Assembly: GCA_963706575.1 (NCBI GenBank)
Contig: CAVPNL010000004.1
Coordinates: 224,001-288,000 of the forward strand
Direction: 5' to 3'
Length of the DNA: 64,000 nt
DNA from: an uncultured delta proteobacterium
GTDB taxonomy: Bacteria > Desulfobacterota > Desulfobacteria > Desulfobacterales > JAHEIW01
The position numbers and the translations under genes are program-made. Below are positions 8,741 through 18,347 of this stretch, piece by piece; within the stretch, counting starts at the first letter, position 1; every line of letters begins with the position of its first letter. The notes beneath the pieces are model-generated. The model was not told where the DNA came from. It did not search any database and saw only the letters and a program-made list of their open reading frames with translations.

Positions 8741-11266
8741 ATGGGAAAACCAGCCCGTGATGAATTGGTCAAACGAATCAAAACACTCGAAAAACAGACC
8801 GCCGCCGGATCTGCCGGGACATCATCCATAAAACCCGAATACGGTTTTCGAACCTTTGCCGAACAATCCCCCAACATGATCTTTATTAACAAGGGGGGTC
8901 GTGTCGTTTATGTTAACAATAGATGCATCGAGGATATGGGCTACAGCCGGGAGGAATTTTACGCACCGAATTTCGATTTTATGTCCCTGATCGCGCCGGA
9001 ATCGGTTGATTTAATCCGGTCCAGTTTTAAGCGACACATGGCCGGCGAAGATATCGAGCCCTACGAATATTCCCTATTGGACAAAAAAGGGAAAAGAATT
9101 GAAGCCATTATTACAACCAAACTGATCGACTATGCGGATGGAAAAGCGATTCTGGGCATTATCACCGATATCACCGACCGCAAACGGGTAGAAGAAGAAC
9201 TGCAGTATCGGTTGAAATTCCAGCATCTCATTACCACGGTTTCCAGCCAGTTTATCAATCTGCATCCGGCTCAAATCGATGATGAAATTGATCACACCCT
9301 TGAGCAGATCGGCGAATTTGCCGATGCGGACCGCAGTTATGTTTTTCAATTTTCTGACGACCAAAAATCGGTATCCTGCACCCATGAATGGTGCGCGGAG
9401 GGAATCAAGCCGACCATTGAGCGTATTCAAAATGTTCCGGTGGAAACTTACCCATGGGCCATGAAAAAATTCCTGCGCGGAGATATGGTTTTAGTCCCCC
9501 GCCTTTCCGACCTGCCCCCTGAGGCCATCAAAGAGAAGCAGGAATTTGAACAACAGGGTATTCAATCGATATTGGCCGTGCCGATGATCATTAGCAGTAA
9601 GGTCATGGGGTTTATCGGGCTGGATTCGGTCGGCGAAGAAAAAATGTGGGCGGAGGACATCGGCTCTCTGCTGAAAATCGTGGGGCAGGTGTTCGCCAAT
9701 GCATTGGATAATAAAAAATTCCGGCAGGCCCTGCAGGAAAGCGAGGAACGCCTGCGCACGGTTTATGAAACGTTTCCGGATTCCGTCACCATTGTCCAGA
9801 CAGAAAATGGGCGCTTTGTTGATGTCAACAGTGCTTTTACACGCTTGACCGGCTGGGCAGCCGAAGATGTCATCGGTAAAAAAGAAGCCGATCTTAAAAT
9901 ATGGCACAACCGCAATGACCGTGAAAAACTGAAAGCGGGCATTGCCCAACATGGCAAGATCGAAAATTTGGAAGCTAAATTCCGACTTAAAGATGGAAGC
10001 ATAATAACTGCCCTGATGTCGGCCGTTTTGATAAGGCTCAAAGGAAAGCCACACATCCTTACCATTACCCGGGATATCAGCGATCGCAAATCCGCACAGA
10101 AAGAACGGGAACAATTAAGAACTCAGCTGATTCAGGCCCAGAAGATGGAGGCCATTGGGACATTGGCCGGCGGCATTGCCCATGATTTTAACAACATCCT
10201 CGGTGCGATTATCGGCTATGCCGAGATGGCGCTATACGATACCCAAAAAGATTCAATGGAGCATTACAACATCGACCAGGTGCTCAAGGCGGGACATCGG
10301 GCCAAAGATTTGGTAAAACAAATTCTGGCATTCAGCCGCAAAAGCGAACAGGATAAAAATATCATTTTATTAACACCCATTGTTGGAGAAGCCTTAAAAC
10401 TGCTGCGCGCTTCATTGCCGACCACCATTGAAATAAGACAAAATATCGAGCCCCACCTGGATGCTATTTTTGCCGATCCAACCCAGATGCATCAGGTAAT
10501 GATGAATCTCTGCACCAATTCGGCCCACGCCATGGGGGATACGGGCGGCATTTTGAATGTCGAATTGCACAATTTGGATCTGAACCTCAAAAAGGCCGTT
10601 CAATATTCTGAACTCAATCCCGGCCCCTATGTACAGCTCAGCATCAGCGATACGGGCGACGGTATGGATTCTGCAACCATGGACCGCATATTTGATCCTT
10701 ATTTCACCACCAAAGAACAAGACAAAGGCACCGGTATGGGCCTGGCTGTCGTCCATGGCATCATTAAGGGGCACGGCGGCGGTATCCGGGTTCAAAGTAA
10801 ACCCGGCAAAGGGACCCGCTTTGATATTCTTTTTCCGGTTATGGGAAAACACATGGAATCAGAAACCGAAGAGTTAAAAGCACTGCCAACCGGCAAGGAG
10901 CACATTCTGTTCATTGATGATGAGGACACCCTCATTGACCTGGGTGAAAGCATGCTGAAAAAGCTCGGCTATCAGGTGGAAACGCGAACCCGCCCGGATG
11001 AAGCGCTCGAGATCTTTGGGGCAGCACCGGACAAATTTGACCTGGTAATTTCCGATATGACGATGCCCGGCATGACCGGTGACATTCTGGCAGCGGAATT
11101 GATGAAAATCCGCTCTGATATCCCTGTCATTATTTGCACCGGCTACAGCGAAAGAATAGATGAACAGCGGGCCAGGAATCTGGGAATTAAAGGGTTGATA
11201 ATGAAGCCATTTACCATTCGCGGCCTTTCCAAAACCGTTAGGGCGGTTCTCGATCAAAAAAGTTGA
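8741..11266 (+). CDS. PAS-GAF-PAS hybrid histidine kinase with receiver domain
   Basis: LAGGIAHDFNN H-box, GTGMGL G-box, C-terminal REC (SDMTMP). Confidence 0.92.
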   Translation: MGKPARDELVKRIKTLEKQTAAGSAGTSSIKPEYGFRTFAEQSPNMIFINKGGRVVYVNNRCIEDMGYSREEFYAPNFDFMSLIAPESVDLIRSSFKRHMAGEDIEPYEYSLLDKKGKRIEAIITTKLIDYADGKAILGIITDITDRKRVEEELQYRLKFQHLITTVSSQFINLHPAQIDDEIDHTLEQIGEFADADRSYVFQFSDDQKSVSCTHEWCAEGIKPTIERIQNVPVETYPWAMKKFLRGDMVLVPRLSDLPPEAIKEKQEFEQQGIQSILAVPMIISSKVMGFIGLDSVGEEKMWAEDIGSLLKIVGQVFANALDNKKFRQALQESEERLRTVYETFPDSVTIVQTENGRFVDVNSAFTRLTGWAAEDVIGKKEADLKIWHNRNDREKLKAGIAQHGKIENLEAKFRLKDGSIITALMSAVLIRLKGKPHILTITRDISDRKSAQKEREQLRTQLIQAQKMEAIGTLAGGIAHDFNNILGAIIGYAEMALYDTQKDSMEHYNIDQVLKAGHRAKDLVKQILAFSRKSEQDKNIILLTPIVGEALKLLRASLPTTIEIRQNIEPHLDAIFADPTQMHQVMMNLCTNSAHAMGDTGGILNVELHNLDLNLKKAVQYSELNPGPYVQLSISDTGDGMDSATMDRIFDPYFTTKEQDKGTGMGLAVVHGIIKGHGGGIRVQSKPGKGTRFDILFPVMGKHMESETEELKALPTGKEHILFIDDEDTLIDLGESMLKKLGYQVETRTRPDEALEIFGAAPDKFDLVISDMTMPGMTGDILAAELMKIRSDIPVIICTGYSERIDEQRARNLGIKGLIMKPFTIRGLSKTVRAVLDQKS

Positions 11267-11286
11267 ATTCCAATCAACTTTTTTCC

Positions 11287-13236
11287 TTACCCCGAAGCGG
11301 GTAAGGAAATCGTTATAGTGCAGCCGCCTCCCGGATTATTCTCGGCCGTGACATCTCCTCCGATTAACTTGATAAATTTTTTGACCAGGGCCAGACCGAT
11401 TCCGGTACCCCGGGTTTTTCGGGCCAGGGCGTTGTCGACCCGGTAAAAATCATCAAAAATTTTGTTAAGCGCATGACGCGGAATCCCGGGCCCGTGATCG
11501 GAAACTGCAATTTTTATGCGGTTTGGTTCCTGATAGATTCGAATCGTGATCTCTTTTTCAAGCGCCGAGCGGCAAAATTTGATGCTGTTTTCAATCAGAT
11601 TGATCAACACCTGAATCATGGCTTCACGGTCATATTTAAACGGGCGGATATCCTCCTGAACAATTTTCAAGGTGAACCCTTCCTGCCGCAGTTTGGCCTG
11701 CATGACAGTTTGAACTTCTGCGGCCACCTCTTCAAATGTTCCCCGGGTCAGATTAAGAGATCGCTGTTTTTTCTCCAGTTTGGCCAGATCGAGAACATTG
11801 TTAATCAGACGGGACAGTCGGGAACCCTCGGAATTGATAATCTGAAAATACTCCTGTTCCCGTTCGCTATCTTTTGCAATTCCCTGCTCGAGCATTTCAA
11901 TGTACATCCGTATATTGGTTAGCGGCGTCTTTAATTCATGCGTAACCGATGAGACAAATTGCGAACGGCGCTCGGAAAGATCCACGATGGCCCGGGCGCT
12001 TTTATAGATCGCAAACAATCCGATTAAAAAAATGGCCGCCAGCACGACCATCATGATCATCAGCGTGTTGCGACCGGTGGAACGCGGAATCTCATCAAAG
12101 CTCAATGAGGCATTTAAAAATGCAAACGGCGACGGAAATGACCGCTTCAGGACAAATTTAGGGTTATGCGTTGCTATACCGCCTTGCACCAGCACAATTC
12201 CCCGGCCCTGATCCATAACCTGCAGGCGCAGGCTGGCATAGTCGGCCATGGGCTGGGCAATGAAGTAATTCTGCGTCAGATGCTTTAAAAACGCGCCTAT
12301 CCTTAATATGAAGCCCTGCCGGTATATTTTCTGGTTGATCATGATGCGGCGAAAGATAAACATTTGATCGGCGCCGATAAGGACCGATTGCAAGGGGGCG
12401 ACCTCCACTTGAAAATTTTCTTCATCCCGGGTTTCAGGTGCAGCTTCTCCTGGCGCATCTGCTTCGGGCTCCGACGGGTAGATCTCGCGGCGCCTGTATT
12501 TTTTGGCAGCCCGGTCCTTTTCATTATCCATCAGTGAATCTTCTGCAGCCGGACTGCGAGCGGGGCCACTTTTGGATAATGCCGCGGCCAGCGGGGCGGG
12601 GCTCTTGCCGGCTTCGCCAACTTCCTGGCGGGCCACATTTTTAGCCTGGGCCACGGTGACTTTTTCAAAGCGCTTTTCTTTTTGCCCGAGGCGGGCTTTA
12701 GGTTTCTGGGAGCGGGTTAAATCCAGATACTTTTCAGCAAATCCGCTTTGCTGCTTCTGTTCGGCTTCAGCCACCTCCCGGGCCGGCGGGACGGTTATTT
12801 TATCTGTAACGGCCGTGCGTTTACGGTTAAAGATGCGATTGGCGCTCTCCAGCCGGGCCACGGCATCTTTGCGATCCACGGCAACGGATTCCCCGGCCTG
12901 GGCCAGAGGCGTTTGAAATGATCCGTCGGGGTTATTCTGAAAATAGCCGAGGATATAACTCTGCGCCGGCAGGTGTGAAAGGGGTGAACGATTTTCTTCG
13001 AGACGCCCCCCGGGGGGGCTCATATAGAAATTGTATTCATCAATGGCGCGAGCCTCCTCCATCTGAACGAGTGCCTCAAGGGCCTGTTCCATTTCGTCAA
13101 ACAGGGTGTTGGCAAAAAAACTCAGGGTGGCGGTTTCTTCCTGCTCCAGGCCGCGATAGGTTCGCATTATAAAATATCCGAGCGGAATCGACAGGGTCAC
13201 ACAAAATATGAGAATTAAAATTTGTAAGCGTTTCAT
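11287..13236 (-). CDS. Membrane sensor histidine kinase with large periplasmic region
   Basis: Two TM segments; VTHELKTPL, NLIENSIKF, GTGIGL. Confidence 0.92.
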   Translation of the reverse strand: MKRLQILILIFCVTLSIPLGYFIMRTYRGLEQEETATLSFFANTLFDEMEQALEALVQMEEARAIDEYNFYMSPPGGRLEENRSPLSHLPAQSYILGYFQNNPDGSFQTPLAQAGESVAVDRKDAVARLESANRIFNRKRTAVTDKITVPPAREVAEAEQKQQSGFAEKYLDLTRSQKPKARLGQKEKRFEKVTVAQAKNVARQEVGEAGKSPAPLAAALSKSGPARSPAAEDSLMDNEKDRAAKKYRRREIYPSEPEADAPGEAAPETRDEENFQVEVAPLQSVLIGADQMFIFRRIMINQKIYRQGFILRIGAFLKHLTQNYFIAQPMADYASLRLQVMDQGRGIVLVQGGIATHNPKFVLKRSFPSPFAFLNASLSFDEIPRSTGRNTLMIMMVVLAAIFLIGLFAIYKSARAIVDLSERRSQFVSSVTHELKTPLTNIRMYIEMLEQGIAKDSEREQEYFQIINSEGSRLSRLINNVLDLAKLEKKQRSLNLTRGTFEEVAAEVQTVMQAKLRQEGFTLKIVQEDIRPFKYDREAMIQVLINLIENSIKFCRSALEKEITIRIYQEPNRIKIAVSDHGPGIPRHALNKIFDDFYRVDNALARKTRGTGIGLALVKKFIKLIGGDVTAENNPGGGCTITISLPASG

Positions 13237-13931
13237 TTTTCAGGTTCCAGCCGGTAGCCTTCCCCCCTGATGGTGGTTATAAGCGGCGTATCGCCGATTA
13301 AAAGGGCAATTTTTTTGCGCAGTTTTAACATATGAATGTCGACGGTACGGGTTTCGATATCGGCGTCGGCATATTGCCAAACCTCGGTGAGCAGTTCTTT
13401 TTTAGAGACGATCCGGTCGCGGTAGCGATGTAAATATGCGATGATATCCATTTCCTTGCGAGTCAGCTCAACGGTTTGACTTTGATATTCAGCGATCAGG
13501 TTTTTCCCGTCAAAAAAAATGTCATGAAAACGAATTTCCATGTCACCGGGATTTTTCCCGGTACGCCGCAAAACCGCCTCTACCCGCACCATAACTTCCC
13601 TGAGTGAAAATGGTTTGCTGATATAGTCATCGGCACCGGCATTAAAACCGGTAACGATATCATCCTCAGAGCCTTTGGCGGTAATGATGATAATGCCCTG
13701 GTCCGGCTTTTTCCGGCGAATTTCTTTGCAGATAGAAAACCCGTCGAGTGTCGGCAGCATGACGTCCAGCAGGATCAAATCGAACGGTTCGTTCAGACCC
13801 ACATTAAGCCCCTGCCCGCCGTCATCGGCGTCCCTAACTGCATAGCCATTGTAAACCAGCACATCAACAAGGCCGCGCAACAGGGCCGGGTCATCTTCAA
13901 CAACAAGAATACGTGCTTTCGGTCTTTTCAT
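13233..13931 (-). CDS. OmpR/PhoB-family response regulator
   Basis: VVEDD, LDVMLP, KPF, RTVDIH..LRKK, RGEGY; 4-bp overlap with the kinase. Confidence 0.95.
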   Translation of the reverse strand: MKRPKARILVVEDDPALLRGLVDVLVYNGYAVRDADDGGQGLNVGLNEPFDLILLDVMLPTLDGFSICKEIRRKKPDQGIIIITAKGSEDDIVTGFNAGADDYISKPFSLREVMVRVEAVLRRTGKNPGDMEIRFHDIFFDGKNLIAEYQSQTVELTRKEMDIIAYLHRYRDRIVSKKELLTEVWQYADADIETRTVDIHMLKLRKKIALLIGDTPLITTIRGEGYRLEPEK

Positions 13932-13955
13932 TTAACTCTGTCCACCCTTTTATTG

Positions 13956-14073
13956 ATCGCGGCAAGATGCCGCTCCCACAATCTCCTTAAAGGCATAATA
14001 CAGCACATTGTGATGATAAACAAAATAGTGGGAGTGGCTTCCAGCCACGATTTTGCTTCTCCGTTTTTCGCCG
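13956..14073. repeat. REP doublet (GTGGGAGCGGCATCTTGCCGCGAT family)
   Basis: Two inverted GTGG-type REPs at 13956-13979 and 14028-14051; the same unit appears reversed at about 28482-28603; partial REP at 6-25. Confidence 0.8.
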
Positions 14074-14114
14074 AACCGATATCAAACATTATATCACATC
14101 GGCCCGATTTCAAA

Positions 14115-14162
14115 GTAAAAGTTATGTAAAATCCTGCCCCGTTTTTTTTACATTTCTTTGAA
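14115..14162. promoter_or_regulatory. Direct repeats GTAAA-N6-GTAAA plus an inverse half-site; candidate OmpR-family binding sites
   Basis: GTAAAA at 14115 and 14126 (11-bp period) and TTTTAC at 14146, between the divergent regulator and vWA genes. Confidence 0.5.
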
Positions 14163-14256
14163 TTGAGTTTTGAAGGCTTTCGACTAAAATTAGAATTATA
14201 CGGCAGGGCCTAAAACCCTGCTCAAAAACCGATTAGATACACGAAAGGAGCAACCC

Positions 14257-15690
14257 ATGAAACCCACTCGTCTAAAATCATTTGTTTTGATTATCGTCTT
14301 GATTGCCGCCACCGGGGCGGCGATGGCCTATTCGGCCGGCGCGGGAAAATCCTGGCTTTCAGGCCTGATTGCCCGCCCCAGGGTAGACACTCCCCCCATT
14401 GGATCCGGCCCGGTAACCCTTAGCGGTCGTCTGGTCCAGGATAAAGTTTTGCAGGGATCGGATGGCAGAGTTCATCTGGCCTTAACCCTGCAGGCCGCTG
14501 AGGGTTTCGATCCGCAATCCTCAGAAGCCCGCAATGTCGATATGGTCATTGTACTGGATCGCAGCGGTTCAATGAAAGGCCGTAAAATTAATGACGCCCG
14601 GCAGGCGGTTTTACACCTTTTATCCGGCCTGACCGCCAAAGACCGCTTTGCGCTGGTCACGTATTCGGACAGGGTTCAGCAGGTTTCGGGTTTAAAGTAT
14701 GTCACCGCTGATCATGGCAAACAGCTGAAAGCGCTGGTTAGTGCCATTCGCGCCGGCGGTGGAACCAATCTGGGTGACGGACTCCAAACAGGCATCAACC
14801 TTATGCTGGCGGCAGATGAAAACGGAAATGCCAGAAAGCTAATTCTTATCTCCGACGGTCTTGCCAATAAAGGCATAACCGATGCCACCCGGCTTGGTCA
14901 GATGGCCGGTGTCGCCGTGGAAAAAGAATTTGCCGTTAGCACCGTCGGGGTGGGAAACGACTTCAACGAGCAGCTGATGACAACCATTGCCGACCGCGGC
15001 GCCGGAAATTACTATTATTTGGAAAACCCGTTGGCATTTGCTGAAGTGTTTCAAAAGGAATTTTTCTACACCCGCACAACGGTTGCAACCAATGTTTCGA
15101 TATCTTTTCCCCTGGGCAGCGGCATATCCGTCGTAGATGCCGCCGGGTACCCCATCACCGTTCAAAAAGACCAGGCCGTTTTCTACCCGGGCGATTTGCG
15201 CGCCGGACAAACCCGCAAATTGTTTCTGACGTTGCAGGTGCCCACCGGCGAACCGGGAAGTTTTGAACTGGGTCGGATCAAGGCCCGCTGTCGTTTCAAC
15301 GGCCAGACAATGGAAACCGATCTGGGGGGTTCTTACAAAATTGCCTGTGTCAAAGACCAAAGAGAGGTGCAGGCCTCGATCGACAAAACCTCCTGGACTG
15401 AAAAAGTCATTCGAGAAGATTATAACCGGCTCAAACAGGAAGTCGCCGCTGATATCAAGTCCGGCAAAAAGCAAAAAGCCCTGGGACGAATCCACAGCTA
15501 TTACCGTGAGCAAGAATCGATCAATGCAGCCGTCGGGTCGGCCGAGGTCACCCAAAATCTGGATCGGGATCTCAAAGACCTGCAGCAAAGAGTCGAAGAT
15601 ACGTTTGAAGGCTCTCCGGCTGCAGTTTCCCGGAAACAAAAATCCAATTCAAAAACCCTGCAGTATGAGGGTTATAAAGGGCGACGATAA
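14257..15690 (+). CDS. Exported von Willebrand factor A (YfbK-like) protein
   Basis: Signal peptide; MIDAS motif DRSGSM, GGTNL, ISDGLAN. Confidence 0.9.
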   Translation: MKPTRLKSFVLIIVLIAATGAAMAYSAGAGKSWLSGLIARPRVDTPPIGSGPVTLSGRLVQDKVLQGSDGRVHLALTLQAAEGFDPQSSEARNVDMVIVLDRSGSMKGRKINDARQAVLHLLSGLTAKDRFALVTYSDRVQQVSGLKYVTADHGKQLKALVSAIRAGGGTNLGDGLQTGINLMLAADENGNARKLILISDGLANKGITDATRLGQMAGVAVEKEFAVSTVGVGNDFNEQLMTTIADRGAGNYYYLENPLAFAEVFQKEFFYTRTTVATNVSISFPLGSGISVVDAAGYPITVQKDQAVFYPGDLRAGQTRKLFLTLQVPTGEPGSFELGRIKARCRFNGQTMETDLGGSYKIACVKDQREVQASIDKTSWTEKVIREDYNRLKQEVAADIKSGKKQKALGRIHSYYREQESINAAVGSAEVTQNLDRDLKDLQQRVEDTFEGSPAAVSRKQKSNSKTLQYEGYKGRR

Positions 15691-15702
15691 AAGGAGATAA
15701 TC

Positions 15703-16263
15703 ATGGCCATTTTAACCCGTATTTTCCGGCTTTTTAAAGCAGACATCCATGGTGTCATGGATCAAATTGAAGACCAGGGTCTGTTATTAAAACAGCATCT
15801 CAGGGATATGGAAGAATCCCTGGTTCAGAAAGAGACCAAACTTAAGCAAATGTGTTTTGCAAGGGATCAGGCCCGGCAGGACTATGAGAAGGGAATAAAA
15901 GAGAGCAACAACCTGGAGCAAAATCTGGAAGTCGCCATCCGAAAAGACAGAGACGATATTGCCCGCATGCTGATAAAAAAGCTAAAACCCCTGGCCCACA
16001 TCCAGTCGGAGCGCTGCAGTCATATCGACCGACTGAATCATGAAACCAAACAGTTCAAAGAAGATATTGAACTGCAGCGGCTGAAATATGAACAGCTCCG
16101 GCAACAAGCTGCCAATTTTTTCCATCGTACCGAAAAACAGAATGAGGATCCTATCTGGCCGGCGATGCAAGCCGACTTTGGCGTCAATGATCTCAGCGAT
16201 GAAGAGATTGAACTCGAACTTCTCCAAAGAAAGGAAGCCTTAAAAGGAGGTGCAATATCATGA
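15703..16263 (+). CDS. pspA: PspA/IM30 (ESCRT-III-like) family protein
   Basis: Amphipathic N-terminus MAILTRIFRLFKADIHGVMDQIED, coiled coil, RDDIAR, C-terminal EEIELEL. Confidence 0.8.
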   Translation: MAILTRIFRLFKADIHGVMDQIEDQGLLLKQHLRDMEESLVQKETKLKQMCFARDQARQDYEKGIKESNNLEQNLEVAIRKDRDDIARMLIKKLKPLAHIQSERCSHIDRLNHETKQFKEDIELQRLKYEQLRQQAANFFHRTEKQNEDPIWPAMQADFGVNDLSDEEIELELLQRKEALKGGAIS

Positions 16264-16829
16264 GCATCATGAAATCCAAGACAACGCCCATACGCTCGAC
16301 CATCGTCTGGGGATTGATTGGCGGGCTGGTTTACATTCCGCTATCCTCGGCCTTAAGCCTTATGATGTTCTGGCCGCTGGGCATTCAACTATCACTCTGG
16401 ATATTGTTGGCCGGATACGCAGTCCTGCTGTCCCGCTGGGCGTCCCGACCGCTCAGATCTATCGGTTTACCTCTGTTGCTGTTGCTCCTGTCTGCGTTTT
16501 TGATTGAGTCAGCGACGGCATTTTTATTTACAGCTTTCGTGACGTTGAGCTGGATTCGCAGTGGTATCTGTTTCAAAAGAAAACCCCTGGCAAAACGACT
16601 GGCTGCGGAAATGGGCCTGGGCCTGGGAAGCGGCCTGCTGGTGTCGGGTGCGGTGCCCGGCGTGACCCTGGTCTGGGCGCTCGGGGTGTGGCTGTTTTTT
16701 CTCATCCAGGCGCTGTACTTTGTTCTATTTGAATATCAAAGTGACCCCCAAACCAAAATTGAAGTGGATCCCTTTGAAAAGGCGAAGATGGCAGCTGAGA
16801 AAATCCTGTCCGGCGGGGCTTTTTATTGA
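16260..16829 (+). CDS. Multi-pass membrane protein of unknown function
   Basis: About six hydrophobic segments; ATGA overlap with pspA. Confidence 0.8.
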   Translation: MSIMKSKTTPIRSTIVWGLIGGLVYIPLSSALSLMMFWPLGIQLSLWILLAGYAVLLSRWASRPLRSIGLPLLLLLLSAFLIESATAFLFTAFVTLSWIRSGICFKRKPLAKRLAAEMGLGLGSGLLVSGAVPGVTLVWALGVWLFFLIQALYFVLFEYQSDPQTKIEVDPFEKAKMAAEKILSGGAFY

Positions 16830-16907
16830 CATTGACGCTGGACTCTGATGAAAAAGAAATTATAATAGTCTATCTGATAGAAGTCGGAGGTAGAAAAAAT
16901 CAAAAAA

Positions 16908-17612
16908 ATGGCGCAAAAGAAAATCAGACATAAACTGCCGCCCGATCTTGCCGGCCAAAATAAGCTGGAAATCGTTTTGAAATCTGATGTGGCCGGCACG
17001 GCAGAGGCCATTGGTGCCAGCCTGTCTGAAATTGAGGTCCCCGGTGTTCAAATCGACCTTATCCAGATCGGGATCGGCAAAGTATCCAGGTCTGATGTGC
17101 TCATGGCACGCACCGGCAGCAGATTGGTGATCGGATTCAACGTCGATCTTATGCCAAAGCTGAATCAGGAAATCAAAGAATTCGGTGTTGAGGTAAGGCT
17201 TTATGATACGATCTATAAATTGACCGAAGACATTCGAAAAATTGCTCAAAGCTTTAACATCACGTCCCCCGAAGAAAAAATCACCGGCAAAGCCACGATC
17301 ATTGCTACTTTTAAGCCCGGCCCGAAAGGAATGGTTATCGGGTGCGAGGTGCTTGAAGGCGCCATTGAGCTGGGCAATGAATTTCGGGTCATCACCGCCA
17401 TGGGACCGGCTTATTTCGGAAAAATCACATCCCTGCAAATTGAAAAGCAAAATGTCAAATCGGGCAAACCCGGACAGCAGGTCGGAATCAAACTGGTGGG
17501 ATGGAACAAGGCCAGAGTCGATGACCTGGTGGAATGTTTTGAAAGCCTGAAACCGAAAGGGGGCGGCCGCTGGAAGCCCGGCAGCGGCGTTGTTCGTTCC
17601 ATCTCTTCGTAG
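16908..17612 (+). CDS. Stand-alone IF2 C-terminal (C1+C2-like) domain protein lacking the GTPase domain
   Basis: LEIVLKSDVAGTAEAI, VIGFNV, YDTIYKL, GCEVLEG, ITSLQ align by eye with the IF2 C-terminus; own RBS ggag. Confidence 0.8.
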   Translation: MAQKKIRHKLPPDLAGQNKLEIVLKSDVAGTAEAIGASLSEIEVPGVQIDLIQIGIGKVSRSDVLMARTGSRLVIGFNVDLMPKLNQEIKEFGVEVRLYDTIYKLTEDIRKIAQSFNITSPEEKITGKATIIATFKPGPKGMVIGCEVLEGAIELGNEFRVITAMGPAYFGKITSLQIEKQNVKSGKPGQQVGIKLVGWNKARVDDLVECFESLKPKGGGRWKPGSGVVRSISS

Positions 17613-17623
17613 AATCATGGTTT

Positions 17624-17870
17624 CCCTCCTTCGTCTTAAAGGCTACGGAGGACAAACAGGTGTCAGGCGTCGGGGTCAAAAGATAAGTGCTGAGGACTGA
17701 GCAAAAAAAATTGCCTGGCGCCCGACCAGTTCAACATGACTTGTCGGTTTCCGCCATGAATCGTCCTTCTGGGACCATGAGTTGTCGTTTTCCGCCTTGA
17801 ACTGGCAAGACCTTTTTCGCCCTTTTAGATTTAGATCTACCTCAGACCTCGGCACTCAGTCCTCAGTCCT
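17624..17870. repeat. Composite repeat region: 33-bp palindrome, CTGAGGA/CTCAGTC inverted heptamers, ~20-bp tandem repeats
   Basis: Read directly; the ccatgagttgtcgt unit recurs at 42532-42601. Confidence 0.7.
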
Positions 17871-17935
17871 ATCTTTATTTTGTGCTTCTAATTTGAAATT
17901 AATCAACTTTACTTTTGATAACGAGAGGGGACCCG

Positions 17936-18256
17936 ATGGCAGTTAACTTTATTTATATGACCGCCGGCAGTAAAAGCGAAGCCCAAAAAATCGGGAAAGC
18001 ACTGGTTGAATCCCGCCTGGCTGCATGTGTGAACATTTTAGATAACATGCAGTCCATTTATCGATGGGATGAAAAAATCCAGGAAGATACAGAGGTGGTT
18101 TTAATTGCCAAAACCACTGACACGCTGGTTCCCCAGCTGATCGACAAAGTCAAATCGCTGCATAGTTACGACTGCCCCTGCATTGTCAGTTTGCCGGTAT
18201 TAGACGGCTACCCGCCGTTTTTGGACTGGATCCAAACGGAAGTCAAAAGGCAGTAG
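17936..18256 (+). CDS. cutA: Divalent-cation tolerance protein CutA
   Basis: LVESRLAACVN, SIYRW, HSYDCPCI. Confidence 0.95.
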   Translation: MAVNFIYMTAGSKSEAQKIGKALVESRLAACVNILDNMQSIYRWDEKIQEDTEVVLIAKTTDTLVPQLIDKVKSLHSYDCPCIVSLPVLDGYPPFLDWIQTEVKRQ

Positions 18257-18347
18257 GGCAGCCCTCCGTGGCTGCCATTGAAGTCGGCACCCGTCTTCGT
18301 CACGCTAAAAGCGTGACTTCGCCGCGCCAGGCAGAGGCCGACCCTAC
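18253..18347. repeat. GTAG-type REP doublet carrying a 42-bp palindromic insert
   Basis: GTAGGGCAGCCCTCCGTGGCTGCC ... GTCGGCA[insert]CAGAGGCCGACCCTAC. Confidence 0.8.

Noticed and set aside
16860..17618. Long antisense ORFs, such as 252 aa opposite mini-IF2 and 266 aa opposite vWA
   Set aside because: Shadow frames of well-supported genes with no recognisable motifs.
17734..17806. ~20-bp periodic repeats as a mini CRISPR array
   Set aside because: Degenerate tandem units with no unique spacers and no cas genes.
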